Assembly (NCBI GenBank): GCA_963575745.1
Contig: CAUYUJ010000015.1
Location: 62,001-126,000, forward strand
Length of the DNA: 64,000 bases
Direction: 5' to 3'
Source of the DNA: Prorocentrum cordatum
Taxonomy: Eukaryota
Shown: positions 49,563-61,002 of the stretch, piece by piece
How the letters are laid out: every line of letters begins with the position of its first letter
Position numbering within the stretch: position 1 is the first letter of the stretch
Notes under the pieces: model-generated
What the model saw: the letters and a program-made list of their open reading frames with translations, nothing else
Told to the model about the DNA's origin: nothing
Databases searched by the model: none
Translations under genes and position numbers: made by a program

Positions 49563-52500
49563 TAGTATTAATTTTCAAATCATTCACTGACTGGGTTCTC
49601 TCAGGTGTAATGTTACACCACGTATTAGGTTCCGGAAGAAGCCCGCCCGCCCGCTTTGATGCCCCGCCCGCCCAACCCGCCCGTCGGGGTCGGCCTGCCT
49701 GACCCACCCAATCCGCCTGCCAGGGTCCGCCCGCCCGCCCCGCCCGTTGAGGGATGGCCCTGCCCGCCCCCGCTCATGTGGCCTCCGCCCCCCGCCCGCT
49801 GAAATGCCCCGCCCGCCCGACCCGCTCGTTTTGGCCCGCGCACCCGCCCTGCCAGTCTGGGGTCCAGCCGCTCGCCCCGCCCGTAGGGGACCGCCCAGCG
49901 CCCAGGGCCGGGCTTCAGGCGAGCCGGCCTCCGGGCGAGTTGGCCTCGGGCTCGTGCCCATTAGAAGTAATCGCTAATGGGCTTGCTTTCCACCACCACC
50001 ACCACCACCAGAAGTTGGAGGGGGAGGGGGTCCTCCGCCTCCTCCTCCTCCTCCTCCTCCCTCTCCCTCCTCTTCCTCCTCCTCCCTCCTCCTCCTCCTC
50101 CCTCTCCTCCTCCTCCTCCTCCTCCTCCTCCTCCTCTCCTCCTCCTCCCTCGTCGTCCTCCTCCTCCTCCTCCCTCGTCGTCCTCCTCCGCCTCCTCCTC
50201 CTCCTCAACCTCCTCCTCCTCAACCTCCTTCCCCCCTCCAACTTATGGCGGTGGTGGGGGAAAATAGGCCCGTCAATTTTGCCCGGGCCCGAGCTCCAGG
50301 CTGCGAGGTGTCGTATGCAGGAGCCCAGGCTCCACAGAGCCATGCCTGTGGGATGGGTCGGCGATGTCGAACTCTTGAGCGTCACGCTTGGACCTCGGGC
50401 CTCGAGAGAAGGCGGAAAGCGAGGACGTCGCGAGCAGGGTGTCCGGCAAGTCGAGTTGCTTGATTTGAGACGTTTTTGCCCCTACCACATGGGGCCCATC
50501 AGGCGCTCCAGGGGGGGCATCGCCTCCGAGGGCTCGAGAGGCCCACGTTTCCTCTGCGACGAAGGCCCGAGAGGAGCAAAACTGCGGCGGCGGGCCCGCC
50601 GGCAAACATAGGCAGGAGAAAAAATCCGGCACTCAAATAGAAGGCACTTTTTTGGGGGACTCGGACTTCCTGGAAGGGGCCACGTGCTGCGTGCCCCACG
50701 CATCCCCCGAGGCCCCCGGCCGGGCCTCCCCCCGCAGCGGCGCTGGCGGCGGCACGACTTGCGCTGGAGCCGCTGCCTGGGCCATCCGCCGCGCCATCGG
50801 CGCCCCAGGGCCCCAGGCCCTCCAGCGGGCCCCCCGTGGCGGTGGTGCCGACGCCAGCGCCGCCGACCGCGGGCCCCGCGGCCACGCCGCCAGGGCCCCA
50901 GAGCCCCCAACCCTCGGCCGGGCCTCCCCCCGCGCGGCGGGCTCCGACCGCTGGAGGCAGCGGCGGCCGGAGGCAGCGCGCCCGCCGGGCGGCGGCGGCG
51001 AAGGCGGAGGGGCAGCCGCCTCGGCCTCGGGAGGCCCTGGGGGCGGCAGCCGCCGGCGAGCCCCTGGGGGCGGGCGGGCCTCCCCGCGCCGCGCGGCCGG
51101 CGGCAGCGGTGCCCGTGCAGGCGCCGTTGCCCGGCCCTCCCGCCGCGCAGCTGTGGGCCCCCGCGGCCTCGCGCCAGGCGGGCCCGCCGGCGGAGGCCCT
51201 CCCCTCCGCGGCGCCGGCGGCCCTGGGCGAGGCCCGCGCCCCCGCGCCTCCCGCCCGTGCGGCCCTCCTCTCGACTTGGCTCTGCAAGCGATGGGTGCCC
51301 CCCCCCGATTTTCCAAGCTCTGTGGGGTCACCGTTCTTTCGAGGCGCACAGGGGCGTGGGCCCCACCTCGAAGCCGCACCCTCGGAGGCATCGGGGCACT
51401 CGCGCGCGCGGCGTCTCCCTGCGCCGCCCAGGCGCCGGGTGGGCCCGCGCCCGTGACGCCGCCGGGTCTGGTCGACCTTGCGCCGGGCAAGTCCGCGCCC
51501 GTGACGCCGCCCATGCGCCCCGACCTAGAGCAGGATCGCGGTCCTCCTCCTCCTCCTCCTCCTCCTCCTCCTCCTCCTCCTCCTCCTCCTCCTCCTCCCC
51601 TCCTCCTCCTCCTCCTCCTCCTCCTCCTCCTCCTCCTCCTCCTCCTCCTCCTCTCCTCCTCCTCCTCCTCCTCCTCCTCCTCCTCCTCCTCCTCCTCGCG
51701 AACTGAAGCGGGCACACTTAAGTCGGGTCTTTTTTCCGATAGATGGCCAGGAGACGCTCGGCAAGGCCGAGGAGCTCGCTCGCAAGCAGTCGTAGTAGCT
51801 CCCCATCTCGATGCGCATCGCGACTGGTCTCTCTCACGCTTCTTCTCCTGCGGTGGCCTGTGGATTGGGTCGTGTCTCGTTGGCGCGGCTGGCTTCTGCC
51901 CATCTTGTCCTTTCGCTGTAGCCTGATGGCGCCCGTGGAGTCGGACGTTTTCAAGTCGGCACCGACACCCTTATCCAGGGTCGAGGTTCTCCGATATCTT
52001 AGGCACCTCCAGGGACTGTTGGGGATCTCCTCTGGGCGCCAATTTCCAGCTACGCTCAGGTCCAAGGGTCGGGGAGAAGAGAAACATAAGAAGAAACATA
52101 ATAATAAGAAGAAACTGAAAAACGAGATGATGAAGTCAACGTGTTGCCCCGATCGCTCCAGCTCGAGAGTTCTTGCCGTGATACTCTTGCACGACGCCGC
52201 AGCTCCTTCACGACGTCGGGTGTTAGGGCAAACCGATTATTGCAAGGCCCCCGAGGATCGATGTGTACGCCCAGGTCACGCGCAGTGGCGCGATGATGAT
52301 CGCCATCATCGTCAGAACCAGCCCATACCCGACCGGGACAGGGTAACTCAGCTCTCTCAGCGTATCTTGGAGATGCGGATGTCTGCTGGTGAGCCCGAAG
52401 GAGACGGCTTCCATCCCCACCTAGGCTGCGTAGGTCGGCTAGCGGGGCCCGGGTTTCCCTAGCAGGGGCGGGGATGGCTTCATTCGTCCAGGGATCCCCT

Positions 52501-52627
52501 TGGCATCGCTCGGACGTGTGCATTTTTTTCGGCGAGGACCATCGATGAGCATCCTTGATGAGTTGGCGAAAAAACCACGCACGAAACCGAAAAATGCACA
52601 GGGAGTGGACGTCCGAGCGATGGCCAG
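52501..52627 (+). mobile_element. ~130-bp dispersed TIR element, copy 3
   Basis: Same ends and internal sequence as 4431-4558. Confidence 0.7.
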
Positions 52628-53149
52628 TCCCGCCTCGTGCGTCGCAGGGGCCCCAGAACCGGCGGGGGGGAGGAGGGGGTGGGGGGAGGCGAAAGGGGGA
52701 GAGGACTCCCACACGAGAAAAAAACCAAGACCGTGCGTATGTGTGTGGTCCCCTGCCCCTGCGGGCGTGGGCCCTACCCCCCAGGCAGCACAGCCGATCG
52801 CCTCGGGCCACCGCCGAACACCTGGATGCCGCCCGCCTGTGTGGGCTCGCTCGCCGCTCTCCCTCCAGTACTGGTGCGACCTGGTCCCTGGTCCTCGCTC
52901 TCACACTGCAGCCTGCGGCTCAGCTTCTGGGTGTGGCCGCGATGCCGCCCCGCGTCCACTGCCGGGCCGCGTCAACGCAGGCTGACCGCCCGGCCACTCC
53001 AGTCGATGTCCTTCGCGCTGCGAGTGATCTCCCTCCGCTGTCGCGCCCCGCCCGTGTCTCCTATTCTTGCAGCCGGAGACAACTAGTGCTTGCCATCGCC
53101 TGGCCACTAGAGCGCGCGTGGGGATTGCCTCTGCCGCGCTGCGCCGGAA

Positions 53150-54816
53150 AAGTATGTGTGTGTGGTGTGTGCGTGCGTGCGTGGTGTGTACGTATGTGTG
53201 TGTGTGCGCGTGCGTGCGTACATCCATGCGTGTGTGCGGTGTGTGTGGTGTGTATGTCCGGTGTGTGTGTATGTGGGTGGATGTGTTTGTGCCTGTGTGT
53301 GCGTGCGTGCGTGGACCGCGTGTGTGTGTGTGTGTGTGTGGATGTCCGTGTGTGTCCGTGTGTGTGTGTGTGTGTTGTGGTGTGCTGTGGTGTGTTGGGT
53401 CGTGTTGTGTTGTGTGTTGTGCATTGTGTGCTGTGCGTCGTGTGGTGTGGTGTGAATTGTGTATTGTGTGTTGTGTGTTGTGTATTGTTTTGTGTGTTGT
53501 GTGTATCTTGTGTCGTGAGTTGTTCCTTCTGTGTTGTGTGCTGTGTTTTGTTTTGTATGTGTGTTCATGTGTGCTGTTTGTGTTATGTTTGCTGTGTGGT
53601 GTTTGTTGTGTGGTGTGTGCTGTGTGTCTGTTCCTGTTTCTGTCTCTGTTGTTTTTGCGTTTGTGTTTGTGTTTGTGTTCGTGGTCGGGTTTGCGTTTGC
53701 GTTTGTGTGCGCGCGTGTTTTTACTCCTCCTTGTTCCTGCCACGCACAGAGGGAGGCAGGGGAGAGGGGAAGGCTTCTTAGAAGGAGGCTGTTTCTCAGA
53801 CAGCGCGGGCCTTGTCTGTAGATTCAGGCCCGCGCCTTCTAAGAAGCAGACTTCTTCTAAGAAGCCTTCCCCCCTTCCCCTGCCCCCCCCTTGCGCGCCG
53901 CCAACCGTCGTTGCGCGCGAGGCCGCGACCGCCGAAAAGTGTGTGAATGCTGTGTATGTTGTGTGTTGTGTGTTGTGTATTTTGTGCTGGCTGTGTCGCG
54001 TGTGGTGTTTGTTTCTGTCTGTGTGGTTGTGCGTGTTTGTTGTGTGTTGTGTGTTGTGTGCTGCGTGTTATGTGTTGTGTGCTGTGCGTTATCTTGTGTA
54101 TATTTCCGTGTGTGTGTCTATGTGTGTCTGTGTGTGTCTTTGTGTGTCTGTGTGCGTCTGTATGTGTTTGTGCGTGTGTCTGTGTGTTTCGGTGTGTGTC
54201 GGTACGTGTGTCTGTAGGTGTCTGTGCTTTCCTGTGTGTCTGTATGCGTGTCTGTGTGTGTCTGCGCTTGTCTGTGAGTGTGTATGTTTGTGCGTGTCTG
54301 TGTGTATGTGTGTGTGTGTGTGTCATTGTGTGGCTGCGTGTGTCTGTGTGTGTGTGCCTGTCTGTGTGTGGGTGTGTCTATGTGTGCCTGTGTGTGCCTG
54401 TCTGTGTTTTGTGTTGTGTCTGCTGTGTTGTGTGTTGCGCGTTGTGTGTGCGTGTGTAGTGTATGGCGCGTCTTGTGCTGTGTTTCATGTGTGTGTGTTA
54501 TGTGTACACTGCGTGTTGAGTGTGGTGTATGTGTGTGTTGTTTGTGTGGTGTGTGTGCGTGTCTATGTGTGTCTGTCTGTCTGTCGGTCTGCCTGTCTGC
54601 CTGCCTGCCTGCCTGTGTGTGCCTGCTTGTGTGTCAGTGTGTGTCTGTGTATGTTTGGTTGTGTGTGCCTGTGTGTGCCTGTGGGTGACTGTGTGTGCCT
54701 GTGTGTGTCGATGCGTTTCTGTGCGCCTGTGTGTCTGTGTGTGTATGTCTGTGTGTGCCTGCATGTATGACTGTATGTGCCTGTGTGTATGGCTATATCT
54801 ATGTATGTATATATAT
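53150..54816. repeat. Degenerate (TG)-rich low-complexity tract
   Basis: Visible directly; lies immediately left of the DIRS element. Confidence 0.95.
53751..53888. repeat. Foldback (near-palindromic) element within TG-rich tract
   Basis: Outer arms ggcagggg..ggggaaggcttcttagaag and cttctaagaagccttcccc..cccctgcc; inner arms gcgcgggcct and aggcccgcgc. Confidence 0.75.
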
Positions 54817-54898
54817 GGCCGCTTTTAACAAGCAGAAGTGATGTGTTAGCAGATGCATGATCGCCGCATCGACGTCCCGTCGACGTAGTTGCTCAAGT
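54817..54898 (+). repeat. Split direct repeat A1 (left terminus of DIRS element)
   Basis: ggccgcttttaacaagcagaag...gctcaagt recurs at 60921-61002 and contains the small hairpin tcgacg-tcc-cgtcga. Confidence 0.95.
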
Positions 54899-54926
54899 CT
54901 GGAGGTGGCACAGCTGCCCCCAGCCC

Positions 54927-55457
54927 ATGCTCGCCCGTGGGCTTGGGCTCTCGATCCTCGCACACTTCGGTGCCATCGGCCTCGCGCGCTGGTGGCTCAC
55001 GCCTGTGGGGCCTGTCGCTGTGCCGCTGGTGCCGCCTTCGGCTGCTGGAGGCTCCTCGCACCTGGAGGTCAGCGAGCCTTCTGGACGCCTAGTGCCGCTG
55101 GCGGAGTGCATCTCGGCTGCGGTGGAGGCCTGCGAGGGACATAGCTGCCCATCGCCGTGTACCCCTTGCCCGGCCTGCCCGTCGGCAGGCGAGTCGTCGC
55201 CCTCCTGGACGTTGCAGCTCGGCATTGGGTTGTTGGGGCTGCTGCTGGTGGAAGGAGGCAAGCTGGTGATCCGAGGTGTCTTGCAGCTGGCTCGAGGATT
55301 GCAGCGAGGCGCCGGCGCTTGCATCGCACGGGAACGGCTAAGGCTGGACAGCGGGGCTCAGGCGGTCTCGGCTGCCTCTGTCATCGAGGTCGACTTTGGC
55401 GAGCTCGCGGCAGCTCAGGCTCGAGCTAGCAAGCTTCGGCATCAACAGGTTCATTGA
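54927..55457 (+). CDS. DIRS ORF0: small protein with Cys-rich motif and a hydrophobic (putative TM) segment
   Basis: 176 aa, first ATG after repeat A1. Contains CEGHSCPSPCTPCPACP, hydrophobic WTLQLGIGLLGLLLV and C-terminal ELAAAQARA. Its stop overlaps the next ATG (TGATG at 55455-55459). A similar segment occurs at ~7260-7600. Confidence 0.6.
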   Translation: MLARGLGLSILAHFGAIGLARWWLTPVGPVAVPLVPPSAAGGSSHLEVSEPSGRLVPLAECISAAVEACEGHSCPSPCTPCPACPSAGESSPSWTLQLGIGLLGLLLVEGGKLVIRGVLQLARGLQRGAGACIARERLRLDSGAQAVSAASVIEVDFGELAAAQARASKLRHQQVH

Positions 55458-56821
55458 TGGCGGGTTCGTTCTATGTAGTGAGGTATCCCGTCCCAGGGCC
55501 CCTGCTGTGGCACGAACGCTTGACGCTTGGTGAGAGGGGCGCTTTGTCGTACATTGTGACCCCCGACGGGGACGACTACGTGGAGGCGAACGCACCGGGG
55601 CCCGACGTTGCCGAGGTGATTAGATTGACAGGCCAGGGCGGGACACCTGCTGGCCTCGCGGGTGGACATGTTCACAGATTTCGGCAGCTCCCATCGGCAG
55701 CAGACGTATGGAGTGCAGTTGATCGAGCTGTGGCAGCGGGGTTCCCTAGACCCCCGACCGCGGTGCTGAATCTAGAGCTGGCCGATGGGAACGTGTTGGG
55801 TGTTCCTGCTGGAGTGCATGGGCTTCCTGATCCTGGTGCCGCTGGAGGCCCCCTCGCCGCAGGCGTGGCAGCGGGAAGCGCCGGCGGCGCTGGTGGCGTG
55901 GGTCCCGCAGCTGGGCTTGCGGGGGGCGTGGACGCGCTGGTCGCCGCCCTTGGAGGCCCGCCTGGGGCTGGGGCGGCGCCCGCGGCGGCTGGGGGAGCTG
56001 CAGCCGCTGGAGCTGGTCCTGCAGTGGCACCTCCCGTTCCAGGAGCGCTCGCAGTGCCACTGCCGGCGGCCCCTGCGCCACCCGTCGCTCCTGGGGTTGG
56101 AGCGGCTGCTGCGGGGGCTGCCGCGGCTGTGGCCGCGCCGGCGGCTGTCCCTGGAGTGGCTGGGATCCCTGCTCTCCCGATGGCGCCCGCAGGCGGAGCT
56201 GCTGGAGCGCCTCCCCCCTCGCCTGACCCCAGGGCGCTGGCCGTCACCTACGACATGCTGGGCCAGCGCCACATCGATTTCAGAGAGGGGGTTCTGCGCC
56301 TCGTGGAGTATCCCTGGCCAGACTGGAGGTTATCGGGGCCGCGGACATGCCTCTGGATGTGCCGCTTCATCTGCGAGCACGGCGGCACCCCTCGTGGACG
56401 GCACACCCTGTTCAAGACCACCTTCAGGCTGACGGATGCGGACCCAGGGGTGGTGGGGCACGAGGAGTGTTGTCGCATCCTGCACGAGGGAGTTTGCTAC
56501 GACCAGCTTAATGTGGCTTCGCTCGTCTCGTTCGAAGTGGTGTGTCGCTCGTTGCAGGTGCAGGAGGAGAGGTGCAGGCACGTGCTCAACGATGACCAGG
56601 ACGACGAGGCCTATGACAGGCACCTCTTCCTCGGGAACCAGCTCTCGAGGGGGAATCTCTGCGTGTGCCCGCTGTTGCAGGCGCATGTTGCTGCTGAGCT
56701 CTCGCGGGGGGCCGCGCTGGCGAAGGAGCGACGCAGAGCTCGCGAGGGGAGAGCCCTCCCCAAGCCCTCAGCCAAGAGACCAGGCAAGAAGGGCCAGCGA
56801 GGGCAGGGGGCAGAGGCTTGA
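55457..56821 (+). CDS. Gag-like ORF of DIRS element
   Basis: Open ~454 aa frame upstream of RT with an Ala/Gly/Pro linker. Blocks VRYPVPGPLLWHER, DWRLSGPRTCLW and GNLCVCPLLQAHVAAELSRGAALAKERRRARE are shared with the degenerate copy at 7.6-8.9 kb. Confidence 0.75.
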   Translation: MAGSFYVVRYPVPGPLLWHERLTLGERGALSYIVTPDGDDYVEANAPGPDVAEVIRLTGQGGTPAGLAGGHVHRFRQLPSAADVWSAVDRAVAAGFPRPPTAVLNLELADGNVLGVPAGVHGLPDPGAAGGPLAAGVAAGSAGGAGGVGPAAGLAGGVDALVAALGGPPGAGAAPAAAGGAAAAGAGPAVAPPVPGALAVPLPAAPAPPVAPGVGAAAAGAAAAVAAPAAVPGVAGIPALPMAPAGGAAGAPPPSPDPRALAVTYDMLGQRHIDFREGVLRLVEYPWPDWRLSGPRTCLWMCRFICEHGGTPRGRHTLFKTTFRLTDADPGVVGHEECCRILHEGVCYDQLNVASLVSFEVVCRSLQVQEERCRHVLNDDQDDEAYDRHLFLGNQLSRGNLCVCPLLQAHVAAELSRGAALAKERRRAREGRALPKPSAKRPGKKGQRGQGAEA

Positions 56822-56898
56822 GCGCCTCGCGGCGCAGGTGTGGGCAGCCTGCGTCGCGCGCGCCCTTCACGCCCGTGGTGCCGCGTCTTCTTTCGGTC

Positions 56899-59050
56899 AT
56901 GGGGGAGGCTCGCCAGCGCGAACTGTTCCCCTTGCCCGCGTTGGAGACGCTGAACCAGCAATTATGCGATCGACCTGCTTCTCGTAGTGTGGTCCGCCGT
57001 CGCCTTCGTGCCGCTCATGCTGACAAGTGGGCTGCCGAGGGCATCGACGTGTTGAATGACTTGTATGGCAGTTTTGGCTCCCGCTCCGACGTCAGCCCCA
57101 ACGCGGGCCAGCGCTTGGCCCTGGAGCATCTTCGTCATCGCTATCGGCACGTGGGACCTCCTCCAGCAGATCTCAGTTCAGGACAGGGAGCCCTCTGCGC
57201 GCTCCTGTCGGGCGCGCCCGGCTACACTAGTGGTGGCGGGCCCGTCGCTCCCTTTGACGGCGACGAGATCGCCTGGCCGTCCCTCTCCAGCAAGCCGGTG
57301 TACTTGATTGACCTGCTCGGGGACTCGGACGCCTCGTGGCTCAGGGAGTGGAAGGAGCACATGCTGCTACGACCCTCCCAGGCCGCTCGGAGCCTCCGCG
57401 CTGAGGCGTGTCCGCGGGGCGCATGCGTCGACCCGCTATTGAAGCACAATGTTCGCGACTATGCTACCTTTCTCAGAGAGGCTTGGCGTCGGGGAGTGCT
57501 CACTTGGAAGCATGGGCATGGCGGCGACCTCGGACTGTTTTTCGTGCGACGCAAGGACGAGCGCCTCAGGATCATCTTCGACACACGGGTCATCAACTGC
57601 GACTTCTTGCCCGCTCCATCCACTCGTCTTCCAACTCCTTCGGCGTTCGGGGCGCTGGAGGCCGACCAGCAGGTCTACGTTTCCTCTGGTGACCTGGAGG
57701 CTGCCTTCTACCATATGCTGGTGCCGCCCGACATGGTGCAGCACTTCTCTCTGCCCAGCCTGGACGCGGGGTTCTTGCTGAGCTGCGGGGTGACCGACCT
57801 GCCAGCGGGGCCGGGGGAACCCGTTACTCCGTGCCTCCGCGTGCTGCCCATGGGCTTCTCGCGGGCGCTTCACCTCTGCCAGGGCGTTCTTCGGCGTGGC
57901 CTAAGCCTGGGTGGTTTCGGGCCCAGCTGCCTCGTGGAGGACGGCCAGCCTGGCCGACAGGTGAAGCGTGGCGGCCCATCGGCAGCGGCGGGCTACGTTG
58001 ACAACTACTTCGTGATTGACACGTGCGCGGAGGTGGCCAACCGCAGGGCACAGGCGGTCAAGGAGCAGCTGGTGCAGCTCGGCCTGGTGGTCCACGACCA
58101 GGAGTCCGCCTCCCGCGACGCGGAGTTTCTGGGGCTGAGCTTGTCCGAGGGCCGCTTCCTGGCTACTCGCCCCAAGTGCCTGTGGCGGCTGCGGCTCGCC
58201 ATTGAGAAGCTGCTTCGCATTGGGGGGTGCAGTGGGAGTCTCATGAAGGTGCTCCTCGGCCACGTCACCTGGGCCGCGCTTTTGAGACGTGAGTCGTTGT
58301 GTCTGGTGCAGGCCGCCTACGCATTCGCTGCCAAGGCGGGGGGCGAGCCCATCGTGCTGTGGCAGAGCGTGAGGCGCGAGCTCTGGCAGGTCCGCTGCCT
58401 CCTTCCGCTGCTGCAGACGGACCTCATGTCGCCCTGGCACTCACAGGTCGTCGCTTCTGACGCCTCGGAGTTTGGCTTGGGGCTTGTGCGGCGCAGAGTG
58501 GCGCCGGCTGTTGTTGCGCAGATCGGGCGCCAGTCCGAAAGATGGCGGCACCGTGCGGAAGGTTGAGCTCGAGCGCGTGAGAGAGCGCTTGGCCCCGTCA
58601 TCTTCTCATCATCGTCTCTTCCGTCCGCTCTGCAGCCTCTGGAGTTCCTCGACGTGCCCGAGTCCGCTCTGCAGCCTCTGGAGTCCCTCAACGTGCCCGA
58701 GTCCAGCTTCGATGAGGTCCCCAGGGACGTCTTGGAGGAGTCGTCTTGGGCAGGAGTTGCGGCCGTGAAGATCTCAGAGGACATGAATATCCTGGGCCTC
58801 GAAGGTGAAGCTCTCGCACTTGGGATTCGGCATCTTCTGCGCAGCTCGGAGGCCTTTGGGAAGCGTCTGTTGGCTCTGGTAGACAACCTGCCTTTGGCCC
58901 TAGCGGCCACGAAGGGACGTGCCCGTTCTGCATACCTCAGAGGTCCTCTTCGTAAGCTTGCAGCTCTCAGTTTGGCCTCAGGCTCTCGGGTATATGCGAG
59001 GTGGATTCCGTCAGAGCTCAACCCGTCCGATCCGTGCTCTCGTGGGCTCC
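56899..59050 (+). pseudogene. DIRS-type reverse transcriptase-RNase H, one in-frame TGA at 58564-58566
   Basis: RT motifs: LFFVRRKDERLRIIFDTR, SGDLEAAFYHM, VLPMGFS, YVDN (57994-58005), EFLG. RNase H motifs: VASDAS, NILGLE, LVDN, WIPSELNPSDPCSR. The same frame continues past the TGA. Confidence 0.9.
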
Positions 59051-59129
59051 GAGGATGGTTTTCTGGCGGCCGTGCGCCGAAGGATCGCGCCCTTCACGTC
59101 GCGGCCGAGACGGGCGCTGCTGCCGTGGA

Positions 59130-59857
59130 TGCCGCGCCGTGCTGGCCGCCGCCCCGAGGGGGGCCCGCAAGCGGGTGCGCGAGCCAGCCTTGTGCGGGAC
59201 CTCCTGGCGAGCCGCTTGCCGATAGCGGGACTGACGGCCCTGGAGCGGCTTGCAGTCAAGGAGTCGACCGAGACCCTGTGCCGCGGCCTGTGCAACAGGT
59301 TCACGGACTACTGCCGTTCCCACCAGGTCTCGTGGCCCCCGATTCTGGAGCTAGACCCCGCCGGGCTGAGGTACCTCAACGACCAGTTTCTGGCGGGCGC
59401 CACCGCCGCGGAGGGGGGCCAGCTGCTGGCCGCGCTGTCGCACTTCATGCCCGAGGGGAGGCGCGCCGACAAGGCGGGCTTGGCTCAGGGCTGGAGGGCT
59501 GCCACGGCCTGGAGGCGCCGCGTGCCCAGTTCCACGCACTGCCCGCTGCCGAGGTCTGCGACTTTCGCCATCGCGGGGATCGCTCTCGCTCTGGGGCACA
59601 GGCGGATGGCGCTCTGGATTGTGATATCTATGGCCAGATACGCCAAGGAGTCGAAGCTCTTGCGAGAGATCAGCCTAGTCCCGCTGGCCAGCTTCGAGTT
59701 CGGGGAGATCGTGGAGCAGAACTTCCAGCGACTGGTGGAGAGGGGCTTCCTGCTCTCGGGCGTGATCGACAGCGTGCCCGACCAGCTCGGGCTGCTCGTC
59801 ATGAGGCTGGCCGTGGGCGGCTCCGCTGGGCTGCCGAGCTTCGACACCCTGAGCTGA
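59130..59857 (+). pseudogene. Tyrosine recombinase with internal deletion of most of the catalytic domain
   Basis: The N-terminal region (LERLAVKEST...YLNDQFLAG...LLAALSHF...AWRRRVP..PLP...RMALWIVISM) is joined directly to the C-terminal ARYAK tyrosine motif at ~59630. The LRPxE and HxxR-type boxes seen in the 11.5-11.8 kb copy are absent. Confidence 0.7.
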
Positions 59858-59859
59858 GG

Positions 59860-60734
59860 GGTGGTTCGCAAGCGGCCCGCTGGCGTGGCGATCAGCCGCA
59901 AGCAGGTGGGCCGCCGCCACTCTGCCGCCCCGCTGCTGGCATAGCGCGTCGGCTGCGCCGTGAGTTCAGGCATGCACTGCAAGTTGCTCGCCGGCGCAAG
60001 CACTGCGTTTTCTTAGACCTGTTTGCCGGCTCGCAAGGAGTCGGCCACCAGCTGAGACAGGCTGGATACGCTGCTGTTTCGCTCGACATCCAGATGGGTG
60101 TGCATGGCAATCTTCTGGTTCGCACCGTCGAGAAAATGCTGAGGGGCTGGATCGCGTCGGGGGCTGTGCTGGGAGTGTGGCTTGCCACTCCCTGCACTAC
60201 CTGGTCGCAGGCTTTAGGCAACCGCTCCGTTCTTCGTCTAATCCCATGGGCCGTGCTGATCTTTCTCAGTCTCAGCGTGCGCGTCTTGAGGTAGGTAACA
60301 GAACCTTTCATGTCACCTGCCGTCTTGTTGACGCCTGTCGCAGGGTAGGGGTGCCTGTTTTCGTTGAAAATCCCGACAGGTCGCTTATGTGGGAGGCCCC
60401 CCGCATGATTGCGCTGAGACGCTCTCGCGACTGTGTCGAAGCCCGTCTTGATCAATGCCAGTTTAAGGCCCCGTGGAAGAAGGCCGCGCGAATCGTTGCG
60501 TGGGGGAGCGGCCGCCTGTCTCGTCTCTGTCTTCGTTGTAAAGCCAGTGGCCGAATCTGCAGTGAATCAGGAGTGCCGCATCAGGAGTTGGCAGGGCGTG
60601 CACCTGGTGGTAGACGCTGGACTTCAATCGCCGCTGCGTATCCGAAGCCTCTCTGCCGTGCAATTGCTCGCACCATGATTGACGTTGCCGAATATTTACG
60701 AACTTCTCTGTTGTGGAGCAGGTTTAAACCTTGA
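59860..60734 (+). pseudogene. C5 cytosine DNA methyltransferase (retrotransposon-borne), 1-bp frameshift near 60214
   Basis: Motif I FLDLFAGSQG (60010-60039), motif IV ATPC (60190-60195). After the frameshift: motif VI VENP (60366-60374), DQCQFKAPWKK and C-terminal AAAYPKPLC. Start position uncertain. Confidence 0.85.
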
Positions 60735-60797
60735 GTTTCCTTGTTTCATTGCTTGTGTTTGTTTTCGGCCTGCCGGCCAGGTTTACCATTCGGGTTT

Positions 60798-61002
60798 GGG
60801 AATCTCCGAGCGCGTCTGGTGGCCTACGCCTTCGCCCTACCGATCGAAGGTTATCGCCTTGGCTCCAGACACAATAAAACAGTGTACTGGCGATATTGGG
60901 AGCCTGCGGTCTAAATCTCTGGCCGCTTTTAACAAGCAGAAGTGATGTGTTAGCAGATGCATGATCGCCGCATCGACGTCCCGTCGACGTACTTGCTCAA
61001 GT
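60798..61002 (+). repeat. Internal B1-A2 junction of split direct repeats
   Basis: B1 (60798-60920) abuts A2 (60921-61002) directly: ...ctaaatctct|ggccgctttt... Confidence 0.95.

Noticed and set aside
58564..58566. Programmed readthrough or recoded TGA in RT-RNase H
   Set aside because: It is a single occurrence in a copy with other lesions; a nonsense mutation is simpler.
58654..60294. 546-aa ORF as a genuine RNase H-DNMT fusion
   Set aside because: Its middle is an alternate-frame read of the YR region, and its continuity may result from the YR deletion. It cannot be supported without an intact copy.
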